Shown here: in pieces, positions 38,105-50,591 of the stretch
Numbering within the stretch: position 1 is the first letter of the stretch
How the letters are laid out: every line of letters begins with the position of its first letter
Source of the DNA: Octopus sinensis
Taxonomy: Eukaryota
Length of the DNA: 64,000 nucleotides
Direction: 5' to 3'
NCBI RefSeq assembly: GCF_006345805.1
Contig: NC_043003.1
Coordinates: 24,056,001-24,120,000, forward strand
Made by a program: the position numbers and the translations under genes
Notes under the pieces: model-generated
Seen by the model: the letters and a program-made list of their open reading frames with translations, nothing else
The model's database searches: none
Told to the model about the DNA's origin: nothing

Positions 38105-39567
38105 TATATATGCGTATGAGCGTTTGCTTGTCCGTGAGCTAGTGTGTAATGCAGGATGGTAGAATCAATATAATTCTGGACAAAATTGTAGATCGATTTT
38201 ATTCTTTTTGCGTTTGACAAATTAAATACTGGTTACACACAGTCAATCTAAAGATGGCATTGAGCTGTAGCAAAATTCTACCGTTATTGTAAGTATATTA
38301 AAATAAGCAAAGAACATGTGTGATCTAGTATGCAACTAGCAATTAATTGGCGATTAAGCTGTGGCATGTTTAGTGACTTTGAAACCGGAGTTGAGATTTA
38401 GATCAGATAATAATGATAAAGCATTTTCTACTTACTAAATGCAGAGAGAAATTTTATAAAAGCATAGCATCGAAAATATTTACTTTCTTCGAACGTATAA
38501 ATGTCTTGATTTTCTACACATTTTTGCGTGAGAGAAGTGGGGAGCAAATTTTTTGATGGTCGTTAGTTTCCTTTCGGTGAATCTCCGCGTAAATGCCTGA
38601 ATTCTAGCAAAGAAAGATAATAAATCTAATTTACGATGTTGTCACCTAAATAAGTAAACAATGTAGCCGAAGCCATATAAACAGTATGTCTCGTGTGATG
38701 GACGATGGCAGACGTCGGTTTTGTTTAACGACTTCCGTTTCTCGTTATTACAAATCGTATACGCAGAGGTTATTTTTGCATTTATAATAGCGATCTCCGA
38801 ACAATGTGTTATAGTTACATACACATTCAGTTATGCATGATCACGAATATTAACACACACAGATGAGTTCTATTTATCTATTTTCACACTTGTGCAAGAG
38901 TGCATATTTAAACGACTGTTACATACACATTCATCATTTTATCTGCTGTGAGTAATGTCTTTATTATTAGCATTTTATTATTACATGATGGAATGCATTC
39001 CCGGGTTTCTAAGCTGCCATGGTTTTCCAACAGTGCAATTTCTATATTCCATATTTCTTCAATATTACCATGTTCTATTAGATATAGATCATGTAAACGA
39101 ACACGAATTAAGGTATTGATAAATAGTATTTAGGAATTACTATTTTACATGTAAGTTATATGACATTATAAGAACCAAAGTGAAACTGTATAGAAGAGAC
39201 AAGCTCATTGCCCAGATTCGATCTTATTACCGATCTCTTGCCGAGTTATTATCTTACCGACTTGAATACCGCCCAAATAAGAAAAACAATTGATTCTATT
39301 TTGAATTTACTTGTCTATGTCCACAACTATCACACTGGTTTCGCAAAAAGTTCGACGAGGACTTAGATCTGAGCATAATAAGTTACTCAATTCGTGTTAC
39401 TCATCGTATCGATGTTTCGGACGGGAACTGTATCCATGATTGTTGTGGAAGGATCCTGACCGACGTGACTGAAAGTGAACTAACGCATTTCAATAAAATA
39501 AAGAAACTGTCAACAGCATTTGACAGTGATACAGTTCATAGCGTTGATCGCCCGTATTGGTTACTTT

Positions 39568-40202
39568 CTTAGTTTAATACGAGCAAAACGCCCCCCCCCC
39601 ACGTCCAATGGACGGTGCTGAGATGTCAAAGACTTAAACCAAATTTTCTCAAAACAACTTGTCCGACCGTCCCGTAGGCCTCCCCTTTGAGAAACATTGA
39701 TTTAACCTAAATTTGAGACACCAGCAAAAGAAGAAATAAAGATAGACTTTTTTCTATTCCAAAGAAAAACGATTTTATTCGCACAAATACGCAATCGAAG
39801 AGTTTAAAGTACCAGTAATGATAAGGCTGTTGACTGGGAGAACACAAACATGGCTTAAACAGAAAGCTTGGCAGGAAAGAAACGTTTGAAGAAAATATCT
39901 CTTTGGCATCTTAATTTTTTCTTCTCTTAAATATAGTGCATTTTGTGACATTATTTCAAGCCAGCCGGCTTTTTTTGCACAAACTGCACCTGCATTTTTC
40001 TCGCGTACGCGTAGTATCGATCGCAACAACTGATGTACTTGCACGTACAAATGCACGTTCCCAAGGCTTTATCGATCGCATTCTCACCTGGAATCGACTT
40101 TTGTAATTTTTGCATATCAAATTTGAGCGCAATCGGAATGAGGATGCCCGAGATCCTAGACGACAAACACACTGACAGACAGAAGATATTTTATGTAATA
40201 GA
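39568..40202 (-). mobile_element. Non-autonomous Helitron-type repeat; second copy at 59768-60335 (+)
   Basis: 5' end A|TCTATTACATAAAA...ctgtctg...ccgattgcgctcaaatttg (Helitron-style TC start after A); subterminal hairpin cgtcca-t-tggacg; ends near CTAAG. Confidence 0.6.
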
Positions 40203-40570
40203 TTATCTATGACTGGAGTAGTATGAAGTGCGATCTTTGTGAATATATTAATCATCGAAAGGTTATTCTAGATAACCATATCCAAATATTTATTTGGGTA
40301 ATACTTACATCCGACGTGGACAACTCACATCATAACAGAAATGAAGATAAAAAGACTTTTAAATACAAATTACATTTAATGATGCAGCCATATTTCTTTA
40401 TCACAGAAAACACATATCAGTAGGTTCATCGTTTGTCGGGTAGTTGTTTTCCTCCTGCCACAAGAATCATGGTGGTAACGAATAATAATGTTAGCTATCC
40501 ATTTTATACTGCTCCAGTATAGGGAATCCGGTTGCAACAACTGTTAATTAAAGTTTAGCATCTAAGACGA

Positions 40571-40657
<87 letters not shown>

Positions 40658-40724
40658 GGTCCCGGGTTGATTCGGGGTTAACCACAGTAAATAAGGTACT
40701 CAATACATAGCAGAGTAAAATTAA

Positions 40725-40854
40725 TTATTATATAGAAGGAGCTTCTACAGGACTAGAACTGTTTCATTCAAGAGAAATGATCAGGAAGAGCTTCCTGATG
40801 ATTTCTCTTGAATGAAACAGTTCTAGTCCTGTAGAAGCTCCTTCTATATAATAA
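40725..40854. repeat. 130-bp near-perfect palindrome (64-bp arms, 2-nt loop, 1 mismatch)
   Basis: 40725-40788 is the reverse complement of 40791-40854 except gatca versus tgatg. Confidence 0.95.
40788..40840 (+). ncRNA. Type I hammerhead ribozyme; predicted cleavage after A40833
   Basis: Stem I GAGCUUC/GAAGCUC; CUGAUGA; weak stem II U-UUC-UCUU-GAA-U (U-U closing pair); GAAAC; stem III ACAG/CUGU with loop UUCUAGUC; GUA triplet. Confidence 0.7.
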
Positions 40855-40861
40855 ATTTAAA

Positions 40862-40897
<36 letters not shown>

Positions 40898-40898
<1 letters not shown>

Positions 40899-41303
40899 CT
40901 CTGTACTCTTTTACTCTTTTACTGGTTTCACTCATTTGACTATGGCCATGCTGGAGTACAGCCTTTTCTTAATCGAGCATATCAACCGCAGGACTAATTC
41001 TTTGTAAGCCTAGTACTTATTCCATCGGATTCTTTGGCCGAACCGCTAATTTACGGGGGCGTAAACACACCAGTATCGTTTGTCAAGCGATGTTGGGGGG
41101 GGACAAACACACAGACACATACATATATATGCATATATACGACGAGCTTCTTTCAGTTTCCGTTTACCAAATCTACTCACAAGACTTTGGTCGGCCCCTG
41201 GCTATAGTAGAACACACTTGCTCAAGGTGCCATACAGTGGGACTGAACTCGGAACCATATGGTTCGTAAACAATCTACTTACCACACAGCCACTCCTACG
41301 CCT
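40898..41303 (-). mobile_element. SINE family A (an extra 3' fragment follows at about 41315-41460)
   Basis: Collinear with 13160-13572. Confidence 0.9.
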
Positions 41304-41757
41304 ATATATATATTCTTTTATTCTTTTACTTGTTTTATTTATTTGCCTGTGGCCATGTTGGAGCACCCCCTTAAAGAGTTTTTTTTAGTCGAAGAAATCG
41401 ACCCAAAGACTTATTCTTTGTGAGCCTGGTACTTATCGATCGGTTGTCGAGCGATAGCTGTGGGACAGACACAGAAACAAAATATACACATAAGTATATG
41501 TACACGCACATAAATATATACACATATACACAAAGATGTATATAAATATAAGGTGCAGCAGAAAAGTTGTCCCGATTTCAAAGGTTTTATATATATAAAT
41601 ATATATAAGTAGTTGAATGAATTATCCTAGTATGGATAATTCGGTTAACCGATACCTGGGTAGCAAATTCACGTCAGAAAACACGGATGAAGCTACATGC
41701 CAAGGGCAGAGATCACGTGCTTTCGTGTGGAAATTTGTGTGTTTTTTTTTACTATAA

Positions 41758-41976
41758 ATAAATGAAAGAATGGAGTCGAACGACGATTTAACAAAATTCC
41801 TTTATTCTCGACATATGTTTTGAAGACTGCATATTCCTAATTCTGAAGGAATAAGGGGTGCATTATGCCCCTTCTCATCAGGAAAGACAAGGAACTTATG
41901 TCAGCATCATGACGAACAAAACATTTTTAGATGACTGCCCACACGGAGTCCATAGTGTCGACTCCATTCTTTCATT

Positions 41977-41979
<3 letters not shown>
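41758..41979 (-). mobile_element. 222-bp element with perfect 22-bp terminal inverted repeats and an internal HHR (41805-41886, minus, G12 to A)
   Basis: ataaatgaaagaatggagtcga / tcgactccattctttcatttat; minus strand UUUC-CUGAUGA-GAAG...CUUC-AAAAC-AUAU-GUC-GAGA. Confidence 0.75.
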
Positions 41980-42010
<31 letters not shown>

Positions 42011-42092
42011 AAGATAAGAGTTAAACTAACTCAAAGCCCAAAACGTACTGGCTTAAGTGACTGACAGAGTAAGTTAAGTCCCCAGCGTACAT

Positions 42093-42434
42093 AGCCGCAT
42101 CGTGATTTCAGATTTTGATGTAGACGATCGTAATCTTCATCAGCAGCTCTTAATGCTAGGGTTAAACTCGAATACTTCTGTCAACCTTATAAGAAAAGCT
42201 GCGGAAAACTTGTGTTGTTTTCCAAAACGGTAAAAGTGTAAAAAACAACTTTAGCCTTTAGGTTCTAATTGCTAATGAACCACCCTTTTTCATCGTTGTT
42301 TACACTTTTACCATTTTGGACAGCAGGACACGTTTTCAACGGTTTTCTTACAAGACTGACAGAGGTAATCGAGTTTAACCCAAGGCGTTAAAAGCCTCTG
42401 ATGAGGACTAAGATGATCTACATCAAAATTCGAG
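42093..42434. mobile_element. Foldback with ~140-bp arms, each ending in an outward-facing HHR-like motif
   Basis: About 42107-42249 is the reverse complement of about 42295-42434; CUGAUGA at 42137-42143 (-) and 42398-42404 (+). Confidence 0.7.
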
Positions 42435-42566
42435 TATATATATATATACATATACACATAATTGTGTTCGGGTTCAGCTAACTGCTTCACCACATACCGA
42501 AATTAGAAAAGGGAGTTAAAAATCGCTTTCCTGCTATCATAAGAATCTCCATGACGGTAAACATAC

Positions 42567-42646
<80 letters not shown>

Positions 42647-43139
42647 TATCTATAATGTATGTGTGTATACCTATATATCTATCTATCATTCTATTTATTT
42701 ATATATGTATATATATATATATGTGTATGTGTGTATATATATATATATATATATGCATGTATGTATGTATTCCAATGTATGCGCCCGTGTGCGTGTACGT
42801 ATGCATGGAAGTGTGAGTTCTGTGTGACCATAATATACAATAACATGATTATCTGTGTGTCTAAGCGAATATATATTTGTAGTGGTAGTAAAAATAGTTG
42901 AGTGAATGAAATTATAAGGCATTGGATTAATAGCCTGTCAGTTGAGATTTGCTGCAAGCATTCCAAGGACAATCAATTACATGCCCCTGTTTTCATTAGC
43001 CGTCCCGGTTGCGTAAGGAGCTTCTCTGAAATGTCAGTTACACACATAAACAATTCATAGATAACTTTTCAAGAAATTAAAACGTATGTTTAGGAGAGGG
43101 GCAAAAAATATTTATTTCACTTATTCTTTTCATCCTTCC

Positions 43140-43290
43140 AGTGGGCGTGTGGTAAGTAGCTTGCTTACCAACCACATGGTTCCGGGTTCAGTCCAACTGC
43201 GTGGCACCTTGGGCAAGTGTCTTCTACTATAGCCTCGGGCCCACCAAAGCCTTGTGAGTGGATTTGGTAGATGGAAACTGAAAGCCCGTC

Positions 43291-43334
<44 letters not shown>

Positions 43335-43545
43335 GTGTATGTATGTGTGTCTGTGTTTGTCTCCCCCAACATCGCTTGACAACCGGTGTTGGTGTGTTTA
43401 CGTCCCCGTAACTTAGCGGTTCGGCATAAGAGACCGATAGAATAAATACTAGGCTTACAAAGAATAAGTACTGGGGTCAATTTGCTCGACCAAAGGTGGT
43501 GCTCCATCATGGCCGCGGTCAAAATACTGAAACAAGTAAAAGAGG
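43140..43545 (+). mobile_element. SINE family A, full length
   Basis: Collinear with the other copies. Confidence 0.92.
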
Positions 43546-45093
43546 ACAACTTTCTCGGGTACTTGTCAGTCTGGAACGGTATATCATTTACTTAGCGGTT
43601 AAAGGAAGTATTATTCGAGACATCTACTCTTGTTGCTCAACGCAGAGTAGGCTTTGGTAACCACAGCCATCTTGCCTAAGAAAGGTATATGTGTTGTTAT
43701 ATTTTGGAGACTTCAACACCTTAATACAGAACAAAGACAATTTAACTAAGTTGACGTTACTGATAGATATACATAGTATAAAACGGGTGACCTACTGGTG
43801 ACCTACTAAATATGAACAGAGTAGAGACCTACTAAATATGATTAGAATCGTGGAACACTTGCAGCCGCTTGAAAGATATAATTGTATTATTTTCTATCTT
43901 CGATAGTATTTTAAGCTATGCACTAACTTGTTGAAGATAGGATGCTTGTATGTAGAATTTTAAAATTCTGTTTAACTCACGAACAAATCCTATACAATAT
44001 TCCTAGCAAGACCTCAAAATACATTTCGCAATCTTATAACTGTTGATTGCTTTGCGATCACTTGTGAGCTTCCATGTATGTGACACATACAACATACATA
44101 GAATCTAGTCAGGAATAATGTTCTTTAGAAAATAATGCATACTCTAAAAATAACTTGGAAGTTGCTACACTATATGCAATCTCTAAGCAACACGAGCTTG
44201 TTTACTTGTCTTTTGTGCTTGTTCATTATTCAGACCTCAGCAACTTTGACATAATCACCACGATGGAATAACAAATGAGATAATGTGTCAACCACTACAC
44301 GAGAGAGAAACCCCCACATCTAATCTTTATATTTCTAGTACATAACCATACACCGGTCTATATAAAATGCTGTATAGTCTACAACGGACAAGGATGGTCA
44401 ACAGTGAATTCTGTCGGCTTCTTCTCGAAATTAAGCTACAACATTTACATATGTATTATGGCTTTGAAAACCTTAACCAGTATGAACATCAAAAGTAAAT
44501 GCATTTAGTTCCAGATATATACAAGCTTTTACAAGGCGCAGATAATTGGTGACATCAGACGCGAGAGAAATAGTGTTACTCGTTTACTCTGATGGAGAAA
44601 ACGAACATTTTCTTTGATTAATCTAATGTTGACAAATGTTGATTCACTCAAGTAGAATAACTGTAAATCTTCTTACCGGTGGACAAACTGTTCTGACTGC
44701 TTTTAAGCTGTCACTGAATCTTGAACACAACAGCAGACTGTTTTACGTGTGGCATATCAGTTAAGTAATTAAAAAAAAAGCTTCAGACTAACACGGGGAA
44801 ATAGGGAGAGATTGTGTTATCTTGAGTCGGGAAATTACAATTATCTTTAAACATACTCTCAAATGATTAACGCTTCACAGAAACCTACAAACATCAAAAA
44901 AGTAGCTGTGTATTTGCTTTAGAACAAAAATATATTCAAATTCTATCGCATACAAAAAATAAAATATCACGACTTGCTATCAGTTAAGGCATTTAATTTT
45001 GCCTAGACAGAAATAGCTTCTACACATTCGACATCCGAGTAACTCCGTTACTTCTACTGGAAATATATATATATATATTTATATATGTGTATG

Positions 45094-45124
<31 letters not shown>

Positions 45125-46741
45125 GACTGATGACTGAGGGCTTCGAATGTCCCGTCCTGTGGTTCTTGTGTCGTCTCTTTGGTGTTTCATGTTCTTGTCC
45201 ATGTCTGTATTTATTTTTTACTGTTTACATATATAATCGGCGGCTACGTATCCACAATTGTCCTTATACGATAAGTATATTTTTTCTCTAGCATTGATAC
45301 GGCTCTTGATCTGTCTCTTTCTCTCTCTCTCTCTCCTCCCTTATTCCCCTTCGTTTCTTTCCCTCTCCATCCCCCCCTTCTACGTTTCTCTATCTCTCTC
45401 ACCTCCAGTTCCCTCGATCTGTCTCTTTCTTCTCCTCCCTCGTCCACCTTCTCTCTCTTTTCATCTGTCCCTTTCTCCTGTCTTTTGTTCTCACGTGACC
45501 GCTAGCCGCTGCTGAGCGCCCTTTTCGTTCCAGCAGTCGTCGAAGCAACACGTATTTGTTCGTCTCCCTGCGGCCATTAGGCACAACTTCATAAGCCAGC
45601 CCCAAACTCAACTCGTCCTGTCGAAAGACCTTGTCCTACGTCCTGGTTTGTTTAGTTTTTTATCTTTACCGTTATTGTTTTTACGTTTTTGTATTCTTAT
45701 TGGTGTCACGTATTCTGTATTTTTGTTCGTGTACTTCGTTCGTTTTCCGTCCTCGTGTTGTATACATTCGAAGCTTTCTTCCAGGGGACCTAATGCGCTT
45801 GGCTTAGATTCCCTTGGCGGGCTGCCCAGATCGGAGCAATCTCAAGATTAATCAGCCGAAATTGCGAAGATGATCTGGTTCTTGACTGATGACTGAGGGC
45901 TTCGAATGTCCCGTCCTGTGGTTCTTGTGTCGTCTCTTTGGTGTTTCATGCTCTTGTCCATGTCTGTATTTATTTTTTACTGTTTACATATATAATCGGC
46001 GGCTACGTATCCACAATTGTCCTTATACGATAAGTATATTTTTTCTCTAGCATTGATACGCCTCTGGATCTGTCTCTTTCTCTCTCTCTCTCTCCTCCCT
46101 TATTCCCCTTCCTTTCTTTCCCTCTCCATCCCCCCCTTCTACGTTTCTCTATCTCTCTCACCTCCAGTCCCCTCGATCTGTCTCTTTCTTCTCCTCCCTC
46201 GTCCACCTTCTCTCTCTTTTCATCTGTCCCTTTCTCCTGTCTTTTGTTCTCACGTGACCGCTAGCCGCTGCTGAGCGCCCTTTTCGTTCCAGCAGTCGTC
46301 GAAGCAACACGTATTTGTTCGTCTTCCTGCGGCCATTAGGCACAACTTCATAAGCCAGCCCCAAACTCAACTCGTCCTGTCGAAAGACCCTTGTCCTACG
46401 TCCTGGTTTTGTTTTGTTTTTTATCTTTACCGTTATTGTTTTTACGTTTTTGTATTCTTATTGGTGTCACGTATTCTGTATTTTTGTTCGTGTACTTCGT
46501 TCGTTTTCCGTCCTCGTGTTGTATACATTCGAAGCTTTCTTCCAGGGGACCTAATGCGCTTGGCTTAGATTCCCTTGGCGGGCTGCCCAAATCGGAGCAA
46601 TCTCAAGATTAATCAGCCGAAATTGTGAAGATGATCTGGTTCTTGACTGATGACTGAGGGCTTCGAATGTCCCGTCCTGTGGTTCTTGTGTCGTCTCTTT
46701 GGTGTTTCATGTTCTTGTCCATGTCTGTATTTATTTTTTAC

Positions 46742-46754
<13 letters not shown>
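45125..46754. repeat. Tandem array of about 2.15 copies of a ~760-bp unit, flanked by (TA)n
   Basis: Units start (gactgatgactgagggc) at 45125, 45884 and 46645; scattered substitutions between copies; strongly pyrimidine-rich plus strand. Confidence 0.92.
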
Positions 46755-46786
<32 letters not shown>

Positions 46787-47630
46787 TACGTATGCAGATA
46801 TACATATATACGTATAAATCATATATATAGAACTATAAGGTGCAATTCTTAGCCACGTTCATTTAGAGCGGTTGCGTTAAAAAATCTAGTAAGTCATGTC
46901 TTTCTGTTCCTTCGCTAACGATCTAATAATACCCTTTGCTCTCTTGGTTAGCAATTTAATTATTTTGCTATTAATTGCCCGGCGTTTTATTTGACCTTTA
47001 CTCAGATTCAGGATAATTTATTCATAGCATTTGTATTATATTCCGAGAGAAACGCCAAAGTCTTTCTGTAGATTGGAAAATTTTGTCCAGACAATATCCT
47101 ATATTACAGAAATGTAACAAAAATATATTTTGAAAAGTACACAAAGAAATCACACTGATCCATGGAATGGAATTTCTCTTATCGATTCTATTCTCATGCT
47201 CGGATCGATGAGAATAATTTTTCTTGGATTTTGTCGCTTAACAAAAGTAAACAAAAAAAGGCTATATTTGGATGGACGGCAGAATGAATTATATTAATGA
47301 GAATAGAAATATAAAACAGCGTCAGTTTCGTTTAATTTTTCATTTTTGTTACACTGAAGAAATTAATCACTACTAATCATATTTATGTATAAAATAGCCA
47401 TGTATGAATCATACTTAATGTAGATATGTCGCTGATAAGCAAGGTTCTGCAGATTCTTTCGGAAGAAAATCTATTCTGGAAGTGATGCGTCTAAAATATT
47501 GCAGGACTGTCGCTTAGTAAACAGCATGGATATTTGAGCAAGTATCTTCTAAGATAGCATCGGGCGTACCAAAGCCTTCTGTGGGGATTTAGTAGACAGA
47601 AGATGAAGGAGGCTCATCATGTTTGTGTGC

Positions 47631-47673
<43 letters not shown>

Positions 47674-48536
47674 ATGCAGTGTATTTGCCCTTGTGTTTGT
47701 CATCCATCACTGCTTGACAACCAGTGTTGATGTAACTTTGCGGTTCGGCAAAAGATCCCAATAAGATACTTATTTTACTGCTCCTCGTGAATGAAAAAAG
47801 TATATTTGCATATTTGCAGTGTAATTTCAAAGAACTAGTTTCAACCAAAAATGACAACCATATCACGGAAATCCACGTTCTGGGAACTCACTCCTTGCCG
47901 TAAGGAACCTTCTATGACAGCATACTGATAAAAGAATTTACTGAAGATGAACAGTTAGATATGTTTCAATTATTATGTAGCATCTACAGCCAATATTTCC
48001 ATTATTTCTCGAATCATCTAGACAATAACGAGTGTGTGAATATTGGATTGTTACTTAAGAGACACGAAAAAAGTGAGCGTCTGATAATAACGTTAGTAAA
48101 ATAAGCCATGATTATACCAAGACTTTCGATGTCAATAAAATGTCGAGACATATATTAGCAGAGAATATGATGCTGTATTTTCTCCTATATTCCAATAATA
48201 CTGCGTAGAATCCATTCAGAAGTTATTATTTTTTACGGACACGAAGTAATGATGAGAAGTTTGGATACTGAGAAATCTATATATCATAATGTCGTTTCAT
48301 GTATTTCTAAGACACGTATATCTCATAGAATATTGCTATCAAAGAATTCAATCAAATATAGTGTGACATGAGATATATTTCCTATTATTTGTGTTTTCTC
48401 ATTTTGTTACAATGCATTATATTCTGCAATAATATAAAATAACTTCCCTTATAAACGCGTGATATTAATCCTTACATATCTTTTCCTTGTAAATACAGTT
48501 AAAATGTAACGGAGAGTTAATAATATATTTTAACTA

Positions 48537-48621
<85 letters not shown>

Positions 48622-48639
48622 GATATATATACATGTATA

Positions 48640-49170
48640 TTTTTCTCTCTAATTTCAGCTCAGAGCTGATGCCATGCTGATGCACCGCCGTTTTGCCACA
48701 CTGTTATTACTAAGAGCCTCCTCTAATATGTGGCACTTGGTGAAGAATGGAGTTTGATATAGCTACCCTCATTTGCACCTCTTGCCGTGAGGTAGGTTCA
48801 TCTGAGACTCTCGACAGGAAGAGGTCCAGCTTTGATTAACATAACCCTACATCTGCTTTGTGCAAGTTCCTCAGATTCTTTGGGAGAATATTAAAAAGCT
48901 GTGGGCCCTTGAAACCCAAGCTGTTGCTGTAACTGGTCCTGAAGCGTAACGGCCTTGCTGGGATCTTTGTCACTATGCAGTGTCGTCCCGTTCTGGCACT
49001 GGTGTAGTTTCAGTGACAAAATTTGGCACAATTTCTTCTAAGATCTTCCAGATATATATTACTGCATACCTCTCCCATCTTATCTCCAGGGAGTAGAGTC
49101 TTGACTGTTTCAGCCTTTCCCAGTAGCCGAGCTGTTGCAAAGAGACGATCTTCTTTGTGAATATTCTCTA
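48640..49170 (-). mobile_element. 3' end of a CR1-group LINE
   Basis: Minus strand GFKGPQLFNILPKNLRNL...SKLDLFLSRVSDEPTSRQE..RVAISNSILHQ; 3' UTR ggcggtgcatcagcatggcatcagctctgagctgaaa. Confidence 0.85.
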
Positions 49171-49248
49171 GATACATACACACACACACATATATATATA
49201 TATATATGTCTGTGTGTGTATATATATATGTATATATATATATATGTA

Positions 49249-49284
<36 letters not shown>

Positions 49285-49286
49285 TG

Positions 49287-49317
<31 letters not shown>

Positions 49318-49732
49318 GTATATATGTATGTATGTATGTATGTATATAGGTATGTATATATGTGTATATATAGCTACGGTATATACTGTTAAGAGCGTAG
49401 TAGAGTACACTATAAAGCTCGTCCCCCTTCAGATTTACCCTGTGATATCCAATAGTAGTAGGGAAATAAGTTGCCTAATGAAGTACCTGCATGCCTGGAG
49501 AACTACGTTGCATGGTAACAATTGTAGTAATTAAAAAATAAATGCCCTACCATAATCTTTCTTGTTGACTCCGATTTCTGTTAAGAATATATGTGTAAAG
49601 CAATGTAGCTACACGTACTATTGGCGATTTCTTTTCCTTCTTTGAAAATTCTCTTTCACGTCACCAATGAAGAGCTATGCTCGAAACATCAAACACTCTT
49701 TTTTCACCGTGCGTCAAGCTAATAAATTATAA

Positions 49733-49769
<37 letters not shown>

Positions 49770-49855
49770 TATATATATATATATATATATTACATACATA
49801 CGTACATATAGATATATATATATAATATATTATAATAATATTTATAATATATAGG

Positions 49856-49918
<63 letters not shown>

Positions 49919-49974
49919 TATAATAATAATATATATAGAATATATATATATATGTATATGTAACAGACACACTT

Positions 49975-50515
49975 TTATTCTTTTCTCCTTTAATAGTTTA
50001 AGTCATTTGACTGAGGTCATGCTGGGAAACCATCTTGAAGGAATTTAGTCGGAAAAATCGAATTCAGAAATTAATTTTTAAGTCTAGTACTTATTCCGCC
50101 TGCTAAGTTACGGGAACGTAAACATACCAACGCCGGTTATCAAGTGAGACGGCGGGGTCAAACACAGGCACAAAGTCACAAACACAGAGATATATACACA
50201 TATAGATACATACATACATATACATACATGTATGTATGTATATATAATAAATATATATGTGTGTGTGTGTGTTGTGTGTGTGTGTGTATGTATATGACGG
50301 GGTTCTTTACGTCTACCAGATCCAATCACAAGGCCCTGTCCTGGTGGCTCGACAATATAGTAGAAAACACTAGTATAAGATGCCACGCAGTGGGACTGCA
50401 TCTGGAACCATGTGATTCGGAAGCAAGCTTCTTCCCACACATCCAGCCCTGCACCTACATGGCCACGCCTGCGCCTATATGCCCACGACTGCGCCTATAC
50501 AGTCTGCGCCTAAGT
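49975..50515 (-). mobile_element. SINE family A with a reiterated 5' end
   Basis: Family A body; four tandem taggcgcag-like starts at 50450-50515. Confidence 0.8.
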
Positions 50516-50516
50516 A

Positions 50517-50591
<75 letters not shown>

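Noticed and set aside
45125-45160. CUGAUGA at the start of each 760-bp unit as an HHR
   Set aside because: Followed by GAAU rather than GAAA, with no stem I complement.
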